Below are positions 33,316 to 40,675 of a DNA stretch of 42,602 bases, piece after piece (position 1 is the stretch's first letter; each line of letters opens with the position of its first letter). The position numbers and the translations under genes were made by a program. Origin of the DNA: a virus; IMG/VR virus record IMGVR_UViG_3300037467_001116. One strand, 5' to 3'. Under the pieces are notes generated by a model. It saw only the letters and a program-made list of their open reading frames with translations, made no database searches and was not told the origin of the DNA.

Positions 33316-34045
33316 TATGCTGGCCCCTTCGGGCGTCTGGCTTCGCCACCGCGTGCTCACCCTTGCGGGCCAAGCCTACTCCGTGTCTTGGCGCTCCGCA
33401 TTTCGCCCGCTGACGCGCGGCGTGTTCCAGCTTGGCAATGGCGAGGATCGACGGGCGCACTCCCGGCGCCGCATCATCGAACGCCAGCTCGCGGCGATAA
33501 CGGTTTCCGCCCGCCAAGCGCGGCAGTAGCGCGCGAGGCACGGCTTCCCAATTCGACGGGTCGGTGTTCTGCCTGTTGCCGTCGAGACACTTCAGCGCGT
33601 GGCTGGCGGGAACGGGGCCGTTCGCTTGCTCCCAAACCCAACGATGCTTCAACACGTAGCGCCGCTCATATCCGGTGTGCGGGTTCGCTTCCGGCACACT
33701 GATCTCAACGTAGCCGTCTTTCGACACCCGTTCGTGCCAGAGGTAATTCGTGTTGTGCGGCTCTTGCCCGCGCCTGAATTGCATGCGCCGAGCATTAGGG
33801 TGCCTGCCGCCGCGACCCTCGGCGCACGGCTTGCCCTTGTTGTGCGGAGCCGCACCCTTCTCGAAGAAGCCTGTTCGTCCGGTCTTCCAGCCCTTGCGCT
33901 TGCGTAGCGCGTGCAGAGCTCCAGGCGTAACTTCGCGCCCAAACTTCGCGTTGAAGGCGCGGGCATAGTCGCTAATCGCCATCAGGCGATTGGCCTCCAG
34001 CCACGCCATTTCTGCGGCGCTGTATGGGATGCTGCGGCCCTTCAC
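33308..34045 (-). CDS. HNH homing endonuclease
   Basis: GTGA-coupled GTG start. YVLKHRWVWEQANGPVPASHALKCLDGNRQNTDPSNWEAV is an HNH_3-type core. Confidence 0.65.
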   Translation of the reverse strand: MKGRSIPYSAAEMAWLEANRLMAISDYARAFNAKFGREVTPGALHALRKRKGWKTGRTGFFEKGAAPHNKGKPCAEGRGGRHPNARRMQFRRGQEPHNTNYLWHERVSKDGYVEISVPEANPHTGYERRYVLKHRWVWEQANGPVPASHALKCLDGNRQNTDPSNWEAVPRALLPRLAGGNRYRRELAFDDAAPGVRPSILAIAKLEHAARQRAKCGAPRHGVGLARKGEHAVAKPDARRGQHNA

Positions 34046-34395
34046 GCTGCGGCCTTCGCTTTGCAGTGGGCAGATTGGCAGCGTGCCGCTTCTTCCGGCA
34101 TGACTTTCGCCTCGCACTGTTCGCACCAGCTTGCGGTCGGAACGGCTACCAGCGCCGGCGGCTGACGATCCTCCAGCATGGTCAGATGTTGGCCAACGCG
34201 GGCGCCGTGATTGGCGAGAAGGGTAACGGCCTTTAGCTGCAAATCGGCGTTGCGGACGATCTGACCCGACACACCAACAACGGCCTTGGCGCGCTTGACT
34301 TCCTGCTCGATCTGCTCTGCCGTCAAATCCTCGTCGGACAGCCGCTCAAGTTGCGCGAACAGGTGATTGTTCAAGTCGGTGAGTTTGTTTTTCAT
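34042..34395 (-). CDS. Hypothetical protein
   Basis: 117-aa ORF with a helical N-terminus and a C-terminal CxxC...C...C. Confidence 0.55.
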   Translation of the reverse strand: MKNKLTDLNNHLFAQLERLSDEDLTAEQIEQEVKRAKAVVGVSGQIVRNADLQLKAVTLLANHGARVGQHLTMLEDRQPPALVAVPTASWCEQCEAKVMPEEAARCQSAHCKAKAAA

Positions 34396-34670
34396 CGCGC
34401 GCCCTTTGCGATAGCGATGCCACTCCGCGAAGACGCCGCAGGCGACTGAGGCCGAAGGCTGGCAGCGCGGGCCGCAGGCATCGCCATGACGAACCGCAGA
34501 TCCCTCTCAACCTGTTTACTCAGCAACCTATCGCAGTAGATGCACAGCGTTTCGTCTTCGATTGCGGGCTGATCGTTGCACCTTTGACAAAGAGTGCCGT
34601 CCGGCTCTTCGTCGAAACAACGTCCGTCGCATGAACGACTGCCGCAGCCTGAGCATTCGAAGCGGCTCAT
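34392..34670 (-). CDS. Cys-rich zinc-finger protein
   Basis: 92 aa. CSGCGSRSCDGRC...CQRC...CIYC. Confidence 0.5.
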   Translation of the reverse strand: MSRFECSGCGSRSCDGRCFDEEPDGTLCQRCNDQPAIEDETLCIYCDRLLSKQVERDLRFVMAMPAARAASLRPQSPAASSRSGIAIAKGAR

Positions 34671-34813
34671 GCTTCACCTCGGATGTGATTTGCTGCCGAC
34701 CAGATATTGACGCAGACAATGCAGCCCCATGCGGCGACGAGGTTGTGAGCAACGAGAGCGCAGAACGTCCCGAAGGCCAGCCAAGCGAGCATGGCAACAA
34801 AGGCGCGGTTCAC
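34667..34813 (-). CDS. Possible small membrane protein
   Basis: GTG 34813 or ATG 34792. AMLAWLAFGTFCALVAHNLVAAWGCIVCVNIW. Confidence 0.3.
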   Translation of the reverse strand: MNRAFVAMLAWLAFGTFCALVAHNLVAAWGCIVCVNIWSAANHIRGEA

Positions 34814-34880
34814 ATCACCCTCACAAATTGCAGAGCAAAGTAAGAGATGTTGAGGATTGCGATTGTGATGCAGGTGCGGG

Positions 34881-35297
34881 TCATTGGGCGTGAGCCTTGG
34901 CGAGGGCGCTCTTGGCCTCAGCGAAGAGGTTGTCGAGATTGTCGCCCTTGCCGAGCGTATCGAACGTGCAGTGTTCGACAAACTTGGCCACGAAGGCGTA
35001 AAGTTCAGGAGCAGCCGCGATTAAGCGGGCGTTGGCTTGGCCTTCCGGATCTGGCGCTTTGTAAGCTTCACCGCGCTTTGCCTCACCTTTGAATGAGACC
35101 TCGCAAATCGGCCCGCCAACCTGAAAGCCCTCTTCATCGGTTTGCACGGCCGTGACGATCCACGCGCCGGAGTTGGCGCGATAGTAGCCCTCATGCTCGG
35201 CCAGGGTCTCACCCTTCAGCGCCGCGAACTCGACGGCACTGTCCATGCGGTTGAGCGACCACGGGCCAGCCGTCGGTTGTTTGGAGAGGCTGGTCAT
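34881..35297 (-). CDS. Hypothetical early protein
   Basis: ATGA-coupled internal ATG (MTSLSKQPT), 138 aa. Contains ARLIAAAPELY, a motif I recall as recurrent in phage early proteins (from memory, unchecked). Confidence 0.5.
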   Translation of the reverse strand: MTSLSKQPTAGPWSLNRMDSAVEFAALKGETLAEHEGYYRANSGAWIVTAVQTDEEGFQVGGPICEVSFKGEAKRGEAYKAPDPEGQANARLIAAAPELYAFVAKFVEHCTFDTLGKGDNLDNLFAEAKSALAKAHAQ

Positions 35298-35506
35298 GCC
35301 ACGAGACTCCGCAGGAACAGCCAAAGCCGTTCCCAAATGGTCAGCCGGAAACCGGCCTGATGAAGAGCATTGAGTTCCCAGTCCTCGAGCTCAGCCGCAG
35401 CGATGATCTCGGGCGGGGCCGGGTGGACGATGCGATAGCCCGGCGCGTCGGTCAGGGCATGAAGATGCTCGACCGGGATCGGGCGGACGAAAGGTTGGCG
35501 GGTCAT
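35294..35506 (-). CDS. Hypothetical protein
   Basis: 70-aa ORF with ATGA overlaps. Confidence 0.5.
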   Translation of the reverse strand: MTRQPFVRPIPVEHLHALTDAPGYRIVHPAPPEIIAAAELEDWELNALHQAGFRLTIWERLWLFLRSLVA

Positions 35507-36312
35507 GCCGCGGCCTTCTCAACCTGAAGCGCGGGGAGCGCTCCGCATTCACGCAGCTTGTCGGTGATATCCTTGACCGGCGTGCAGCCATGCAGGCGGT
35601 ATTTGCCGTCAGTGCCCAACGGAATGCAGGCAATGTCCGCATTCGTGTGCTCGATCAGAAGGATGCGGTAGCCTTCGCGCCATTCTTTAAGGCACCAAGG
35701 CAGATCGGCCACATGAATGCCGGCCGAACACATTTCGTTCGGGTCGGTGTCGGCATTCTTGACCGAAACACGCTTGCCGATCTTGTATTTCAGACCGCCG
35801 TTGATGTGGCCTTCGCCGCGCTCATTCACGACCTTGAAGGCATGAACGGTGGGCATGAACTTGAGAGACGCCAAATGCGTTGTCCGCTCGGGAATGAAGC
35901 CTTTGGCACCCGCGAGGTAGGCACGCGCGAGGTCGGCACCCGCGAGGTCGGCACCCGCTAGGTTGGCACCCGCTAGGTTGGCACGCGCTAGGTTGGCACC
36001 CGCGAGGTCGGCACGCGCGAGGTAGGCACGCGCTAGGTTGGCACCCGCGAGGTCGGCACGCGCGAGGTAGGCACGCGCTAGGTAGGCACCCGCGAGGTCG
36101 GCACGCGCGAGGTAGGCACGCGCGAGGTCGGCACCCGCTAGGTTGGCACCCGCGAGGTAGGCACCCGCGAGGTCGGCACGCGCTTTAAGAGCAGCCTTTA
36201 CGGCCAGCCCTAGTTTCACGCTTGGCAGAGCATCCGGAGAACAAGTGATCTCGGCGGTGAACATAACTTCGCCGGACCAGCGATTCTTGATCGGATATTG
36301 CTCGTTCGCCAC
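35503..36312 (-). CDS. Pentapeptide-repeat protein with a distinct C-terminal domain; first gene of the leftward early operon
   Basis: About 18 consecutive A-[D/N/Y]-L-A-[G/R] pentapeptides. GTG start 8 nt after AGGAG. About 115-aa non-repeat C-terminal domain. Confidence 0.8.
   Translation of the reverse strand: MANEQYPIKNRWSGEVMFTAEITCSPDALPSVKLGLAVKAALKARADLAGAYLAGANLAGADLARAYLARADLAGAYLARAYLARADLAGANLARAYLARADLAGANLARANLAGANLAGADLAGADLARAYLAGAKGFIPERTTHLASLKFMPTVHAFKVVNERGEGHINGGLKYKIGKRVSVKNADTDPNEMCSAGIHVADLPWCLKEWREGYRILLIEHTNADIACIPLGTDGKYRLHGCTPVKDITDKLRECGALPALQVEKAAA
35911..36180. repeat. 18 tandem copies of a 15-bp unit CGC[G/T]AGGT[A/C/T]GGCAC[C/G] (coding, in frame)
   Basis: Read directly from the sequence. 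12 of 15 positions are invariant across all 18 units. Confidence 0.95.
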
Positions 36313-36349
36313 TTGATCTGCTCCTGTCGGCTGTGTGCCGTGGAGCCGT

Positions 36350-36444
36350 GTTCGCACATTACGGACAGCGTGTAAAGCGAAATCCGCATATAACGGACAA
36401 CTAATTTAGCACCCCGTAGGGGTGAGTGTCCGTAAATCGTCTGA
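36350..36444. promoter_or_regulatory. Leftward early promoter/operator region: three copies of a 17-bp operator-like motif
   Basis: GTTCGCACATTACGGAC (36350..36366), ATCCGCATATAACGGAC (36382..36398) and an inverted copy GTCCGTAAATCGTCTGA (36428..36444). A CACCCCgtaGGGGTG hairpin lies at 36410..36424. Confidence 0.5.
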
Positions 36445-36446
36445 TT

Positions 36447-36761
36447 CTAGTTGCTGGTGCCGGTCTTGCGGAAGGATTCGAGGACGCGGAGCGCGGTCGC
36501 TTTGTCGCGCTCGTCGATCGCCGCCCAAATGTCGAGAATGTCGGTGTCGATATCGTTAGGATCGCTATCGAGGATGTGGCCGGCGTTTGTCCTCAGAGCG
36601 GGTGCTAGCCGACGCAGCCACTTATCGGACAGCCTTAGCCGTCCACGCTCCAGGTCGGAGATGACTGACTTAGACGTGCCCACCACATCGGCCAGCTCGT
36701 CCTGCGTCATTTCGCGGAACTCGCGCCATTCCTTCAGGTAGTGAGGCAGTTTCTCCGGCAC
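36447..36761 (-). CDS. XRE/CI-type HTH repressor (start uncertain: GTG 36761 or ATG 36857)
   Basis: LKEWREFREMTQDELADVVGTSKSVISDLERGRLRLS is a Cro/C1-type HTH. Divergent from a Cro-like gene. Confidence 0.65.
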   Translation of the reverse strand: MPEKLPHYLKEWREFREMTQDELADVVGTSKSVISDLERGRLRLSDKWLRRLAPALRTNAGHILDSDPNDIDTDILDIWAAIDERDKATALRVLESFRKTGTSN

Positions 36762-36847
36762 GTCCGTAATATACGTCAGCTCGTGCGGAGGGTCGTCTAG
36801 CGTTTCACGGATTTTTCCTATTGCATTCGTGTCCGTGATATGCGAAC
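36762..36847. promoter_or_regulatory. Divergent switch region with two more operator-like copies
   Basis: GTCCGTAATATACGTCA (36762..36778) and GTCCGTGATATGCGAAC (36831..36847). The latter is the reverse complement of GTTCGCATATCACGGAC and matches the 36350 site at 15 of 17 positions. Confidence 0.45.
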
Positions 36848-36855
36848 ACGGCGGC

Positions 36856-37077
36856 ATGGCGAAACCCACCATCCGGCAGCTCAACGAGGCGTTTGGCATT
36901 AGTCGCTCCTATGCGTGCGACATCCTGAACACCAAAACGCAGCCTCGTGGGCTTATCGTCCAGATATATCGGAAGTTTGGGTGGAAGGCTCCGCTGATCG
37001 CCCACCTCAACGAAGAGCAAATCGCCTTCATTGAGGAGGCCGAAAAGGTCGCGCCGACTGGGCGGCAGGCTGCGTAA
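36856..37077 (+). CDS. Cro-like small HTH protein
   Basis: Internal ATG (MAKPTIRQLNEAFGISRSYACDILN), 73 aa. Divergent from the repressor gene. Confidence 0.5.
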   Translation: MAKPTIRQLNEAFGISRSYACDILNTKTQPRGLIVQIYRKFGWKAPLIAHLNEEQIAFIEEAEKVAPTGRQAA

Positions 37078-37079
37078 TG

Positions 37080-37316
37080 TCAGCCGACAGCAGCCTCTTC
37101 GCTATCGGGTGTCGGGAAGCTGATAACTTCCGCGCCGCCTTGCCAAGCCCTGACAGCGGCATTGGCGCGACGGAGGGCTTTGAGGAACGTGTGGGGCGGA
37201 ATGACCCGCTCGAAGCGATATTGCCCGATGGTCTGGACCACGTGAAAATTTCCGCTGCGGTATTCGATTTCCGGCGGCTCTTCACAGAAGAACACGGCAT
37301 CCAGCTTCTCGGGCAT
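37080..37316 (-). CDS. Hypothetical protein (opposite strand within the switch region)
   Basis: 78-aa ORF with a strong third-position G+C bias. The overlapping + strand track ORF 37077..37484 looks like a shadow. Confidence 0.45.
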   Translation of the reverse strand: MPEKLDAVFFCEEPPEIEYRSGNFHVVQTIGQYRFERVIPPHTFLKALRRANAAVRAWQGGAEVISFPTPDSEEAAVG

Positions 37317-37486
37317 CCACAGGCCCCTTCCCCATACGCAACGACCGGCAAAAGATTTGGTGCCAGAGCGAAGGTGGACAGTTCATTAACGCACTGTAAC
37401 GGGACGTTTTTTGCGCCAGCTCCCGGCGCAGCGGGGCGAGTTACCCCTGACTCGCTCCGCATTCCTTTGACGGCGGAGACATAGCC

Positions 37487-37684
37487 GTGGCGGGGGGATT
37501 CATCATCGCCGCCGTTTTCGCCTTTCTCGGCTACCGCGTCCTCACGCGCATCATCCTGCCCGAACTCTCGGACAAGCTCCGGAAACAAGCGGGCGACTAT
37601 TGGCCCAACGGCCATCGGACGGCGGTTCCTGACGATTTCCATGGCGCCACAACTAACGGAACGGAGGCGCAACATCATGCGTGA
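37487..37684 (+). CDS. Possible small membrane protein
   Basis: GTG start. N-terminal TM (GGFIIAAVFAFLGYRVL). Good codon bias. Confidence 0.35.
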   Translation: MAGGFIIAAVFAFLGYRVLTRIILPELSDKLRKQAGDYWPNGHRTAVPDDFHGATTNGTEAQHHA

Positions 37685-38108
37685 CGCATCCAATATCATG
37701 CGCGACCGACAACGCGCGATCCGCCGCGAACTCGACCGCCGGGGCATCAGCCTCAAGGCTGTCAGTTTCGACAGCGGCATCCCGTATTCGACGCTCTGCT
37801 CGTACTTCCCCGGCAACGAAAACGGAAGCGTCGAGCGCAAGCCGTGCGAGATGCCAGTAGGTGCCGTTTACAGCCTGTGCGGCGCCATTCCCGACGACTT
37901 GCTCAACCTTCTCTGCCCCGAGGGATTCGCGGTTGTCCGCGTTCCTTCTGGCATTGATTACGACGAGTTCTCCGCCGGGTGCCGGGAGTTCATCGAGGCA
38001 AAGGATCGGGCGCACCACCCCGAGAGTGAGGCGGGTCGCGACATTGGCCCGAACGAGGCCAACGATCTTGGCGTGAAAGTCATTCAGCTTCGGGGGCGGG
38101 TGGCATGA
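37677..38108 (+). CDS. HTH regulatory protein (CII-like position)
   Basis: Internal ATG (MRDASNIMRDRQRAIRRELDRRGISLKAVSFDSGIPYSTLCSYF). HTH-like segment. Position is right of the cro-like gene. Confidence 0.4.
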   Translation: MRDASNIMRDRQRAIRRELDRRGISLKAVSFDSGIPYSTLCSYFPGNENGSVERKPCEMPVGAVYSLCGAIPDDLLNLLCPEGFAVVRVPSGIDYDEFSAGCREFIEAKDRAHHPESEAGRDIGPNEANDLGVKVIQLRGRVA

Positions 38109-38272
38109 GCGACGATGGCAACAACATCTGGAGCGACGACGACTTCACAGAGCGCATGATGAACATGGCGACGCTCCATGTTCCGCTCGCCGGCAAGGAA
38201 ATGGGTTGCGCCCTTATGTTCCTGCTGCCTGTCGGTCTAATCGTTCTCATCGGCGGATGGGCAATCGTATGA
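38105..38272 (+). CDS. 55-aa membrane peptide
   Basis: MSDDGNNIWSDDDF...GCALMFLLPVGLIVLIGGWAIV. ATGA overlaps on both sides. Below the track cutoff. Confidence 0.4.
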   Translation: MSDDGNNIWSDDDFTERMMNMATLHVPLAGKEMGCALMFLLPVGLIVLIGGWAIV

Positions 38273-38409
38273 CCCAAGCGCTTGTAGCATTCCGCGCCCT
38301 CATCAAATTCTATTCCCACTTCGGTGCCGGGTTCATCGTTGGCTGCATCTACGTCGCCATTCTGATGACGATACCCACGGCGCTACAAGCCGCTGCAAGG
38401 CTGTTGTAG
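38269..38409 (+). CDS. 46-aa membrane peptide
   Basis: MTQALVAFRALIKFYSHFGAGFIVGCIYVAILMTIPTALQAAARLL. Confidence 0.4.
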   Translation: MTQALVAFRALIKFYSHFGAGFIVGCIYVAILMTIPTALQAAARLL

Positions 38410-38784
38410 ATGGCCGGGGGGGACACACTCAGAATTGAGCTTTGCTGGCCCGCTAAGGAGCTAAGCCCCAACACGGCATGTCACCACATGAAGCGCAACC
38501 GCTTCAGGAAGTCGGCAAAGATTGAGGCTGGCTGGGCAACGCAGCTCGCTATCCAAGCCAATCCCGACTGGGAGCCAGCGGCAGAGACGATCAAGGTTCA
38601 CCTGCTGGCCCACCCGCCTGAAGCGTGGCGCACGGGCGACAAAGACAATTTCATCGCCCGCTGCAAGGCACACCTCGACGGTATCGCACTCAAGCTGGAC
38701 GTGAACGACCGCCTGTTTGAGGCCCCGACCGTTACGTGGGCCGATCGCTGCGAACACGGCAAGCTCGTGGTGGAGTTGGCCTGA
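38410..38784 (+). CDS. rusA: RusA-family Holliday junction resolvase
   Basis: LSPN...GDKDNFIARCKAHLDGIA...VNDRLF matches the RusA acidic catalytic motifs. 124 aa. Confidence 0.7.
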   Translation: MAGGDTLRIELCWPAKELSPNTACHHMKRNRFRKSAKIEAGWATQLAIQANPDWEPAAETIKVHLLAHPPEAWRTGDKDNFIARCKAHLDGIALKLDVNDRLFEAPTVTWADRCEHGKLVVELA

Positions 38785-39005
38785 TGTCGAACAACGCGAC
38801 GCCAGAGCGCAGCATCCCGCACGGCACCGCCTATCCGATCGAGGCGCGCCGCGCCCACACCATCAGGTTCATCGAGTTCATGGCGAGCATGAACGCTCTC
38901 GACCGCATTCGTCCGGCCCACATCGCCACAACTTACGGCGGATTTTCAGAGGCTCAGGTCGAGGCGGAAATGGTCAAGCATATGCCGGAGGATTCAGCGA
39001 AGTGA
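38784..39005 (+). CDS. Hypothetical protein
   Basis: Internal ATG (MSNNATPERS) with TGATG overlap, 73 aa. Confidence 0.45.
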   Translation: MSNNATPERSIPHGTAYPIEARRAHTIRFIEFMASMNALDRIRPAHIATTYGGFSEAQVEAEMVKHMPEDSAK

Positions 39006-39529
39006 TTGCCGCCCATTTGGAGCCCAAGGGCCTGACCCGCGACACCCCTGCGCTCTATACTGATGAGTACGTTATCAGCCGCGACGAAGCGGCGCGCGGC
39101 TCGCGCGATTTGCGGGATGCGATTCTCAAGCTGATTGGGATCGAGCCGCCGATCCGGCTTCCAGCGCCACCAGAGAGGAAGAGACCGGAAGCAATCGCGC
39201 TGCCATGCTTCTGCCCAACGTGCCACGCCCCAACCCACCGCCGGCGCCAGCTCATTTCCGAGATCCAGCGCGCGGTCGCCGATTACTTCGGGATTGAATC
39301 GACGTTGATGACGGCGGCCGACATGCGGCGTTGCGTCGCGCATCCGCGCCAGGTCGCGATGTATTTGGCCTCCGAGCTCACCGGGCAATCTATCGCCGAA
39401 ATAGGGCGGAGGTTCGGGCGGGACCATACGACCGTTCTATATGCGATCAAGGCCGTGAAAGCTCGCGCCGAAAACGATGATCAGGCGGCGTTCGACGTGA
39501 CTCTGTTGCGCGAAAGGCTGGCCGGGTGA
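39002..39529 (+). CDS. DnaA domain IV (DnaA-box-binding HTH) protein without an AAA+ domain
   Basis: GTGA-coupled start. IQRAVADYFGIE...RRCVAHPRQVAMYLASELTGQSIAEIGRRFGRDHTTVLYAIKAV closely parallels DnaA C-terminal domain IV. Confidence 0.7.
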   Translation: MIAAHLEPKGLTRDTPALYTDEYVISRDEAARGSRDLRDAILKLIGIEPPIRLPAPPERKRPEAIALPCFCPTCHAPTHRRRQLISEIQRAVADYFGIESTLMTAADMRRCVAHPRQVAMYLASELTGQSIAEIGRRFGRDHTTVLYAIKAVKARAENDDQAAFDVTLLRERLAG

Positions 39530-40317
39530 GCGGCTACGTTCGCATCCACCGCCCGCTCTTCGAAGAGCATCCGGCATTCCGCAACAGCCTAGAGGCAATG
39601 GCCTTCGCGTGGATGATCGTGAAAGCCCAATGGAAGCCCGCCGTCGTCCGTTACAAGGGGCACAAGCTCAATCTCCAGCGCGGGCAGTTGGCCGTGTCGC
39701 AGCGCGACCTCGCGCGAGCTTTCGACAAGGACAAAGCTTGGGTTGAGAGACTCTGGGGGCGTCTCCGGCGCGAGGCAATGATTGAGGCGCGCAGTGAGGC
39801 AGGTGTTACGGTCATAACCATCTGCAATTACAACGAATATCAGGCAGATGCAGTTCCGTGTGAGCCAGCTAATGAGGCACCTTGTGAGGCAGAGGTGAGG
39901 CAGCACCGAGCCACAGAACAAATAAGGGAAGAAAGGGAAGAAATAGATTCAGAAGCTAACGCTTCTGTGTCGCCGCGCCAGCCTTTGGCGGAAGCCCTTT
40001 CTTTCTGGAATGCCAATGCCGTCGCCGCTGGATGGCCGACGGCCCGCAGCTATGCAGGCCAACGCGAAAAGCACCTCCGAAGCCGATTGCGGGAAAACGG
40101 ACTCGACGGGTTCAAGGCGGCGATCATTCGCGCCCGAGCCTCGCCCTACCTGTCGGGCGCTGATCCGCCCGCGTGGTTCACGTTCCCCTGGATCATCAAA
40201 GCCGAAAACTTCCTCAAGGTCACCGAGGGCAATTATGACCGAAGCCACTCTTCCAGCAGTCCCGACCCAACACTTGTCGCGCTATCCAGCTTCGGAAACC
40301 CAAGCGCTTGCCGGTGA
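39526..40317 (+). CDS. Putative replication initiator (winged-helix N-terminus, O-like)
   Basis: 263 aa. Position in the replication module. Iteron array and A+T-rich tract lie inside its linker region. Confidence 0.45.
   Translation: MSGYVRIHRPLFEEHPAFRNSLEAMAFAWMIVKAQWKPAVVRYKGHKLNLQRGQLAVSQRDLARAFDKDKAWVERLWGRLRREAMIEARSEAGVTVITICNYNEYQADAVPCEPANEAPCEAEVRQHRATEQIREEREEIDSEANASVSPRQPLAEALSFWNANAVAAGWPTARSYAGQREKHLRSRLRENGLDGFKAAIIRARASPYLSGADPPAWFTFPWIIKAENFLKVTEGNYDRSHSSSSPDPTLVALSSFGNPSACR
39783..39960. repeat. Candidate origin: (G)TGAGGCA-like iterons followed by a polypurine A+T-rich tract
   Basis: Octamers at 39783, 39794, 39860, 39872, 39884 and 39895; the last four are 11-12 bp apart. 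They are followed by ACAGAACAAATAAGGGAAGAAAGGGAAGAAATAGATTCAGAAGCTAA (39914..39960). Confidence 0.4.
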
Positions 40318-40675
40318 GCTGGCAAAGTGCCTCAAGCTGGTCGCTGCGTCGAGCATGAACGCCGAGCAGCAGACCGTGTGGTTACACGCTGCGGTTGAAG
40401 CGCTTGAGGGCATCAGGGCATCAGAGGTTGCTGCTGTGTCTGCAGAAGTGCGCCGATCGGTAACTAGGCCAGCGCAAATCGTCCACGAGATTGCTAAGCT
40501 GGTAGCCGAACGTCGCAGCCGCCCCGTCGGCCGAAAGACCTTCACGGCACTAGATTTCTACCGCATCGCCACAGAGGACGGGAACACCGACCTCGCGGCC
40601 AAGTGGTGGGCTGAAGCGGTTGCCCGTGGCGAAGTCAACAGCGATCCGAAAATGCGCGCAGCGGGCGATGCCTGA
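40235..40675 (+). CDS. Hypothetical replication-module protein
   Basis: Internal ATG (MTEATLPAV), 146 aa. The 83-nt overlap with the upstream gene is unresolved. Confidence 0.4.
   Translation: MTEATLPAVPTQHLSRYPASETQALAGELAKCLKLVAASSMNAEQQTVWLHAAVEALEGIRASEVAAVSAEVRRSVTRPAQIVHEIAKLVAERRSRPVGRKTFTALDFYRIATEDGNTDLAAKWWAEAVARGEVNSDPKMRAAGDA

Noticed and set aside
35911-36180. Regular 15-bp repeats that might be taken for a CRISPR array or a noncoding minisatellite
   Set aside because: The units are contiguous with no spacers. The period is 15 bp and in frame, and the array translates as a textbook pentapeptide-repeat beta-helix inside a well-supported ORF.
37386-37400. TTAA-N7-TAAC resembling a CtrA box
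   Set aside because: It is a half-consensus match, it occurs only once, and it overlaps the degenerate operator-like copy. Evidence is insufficient.
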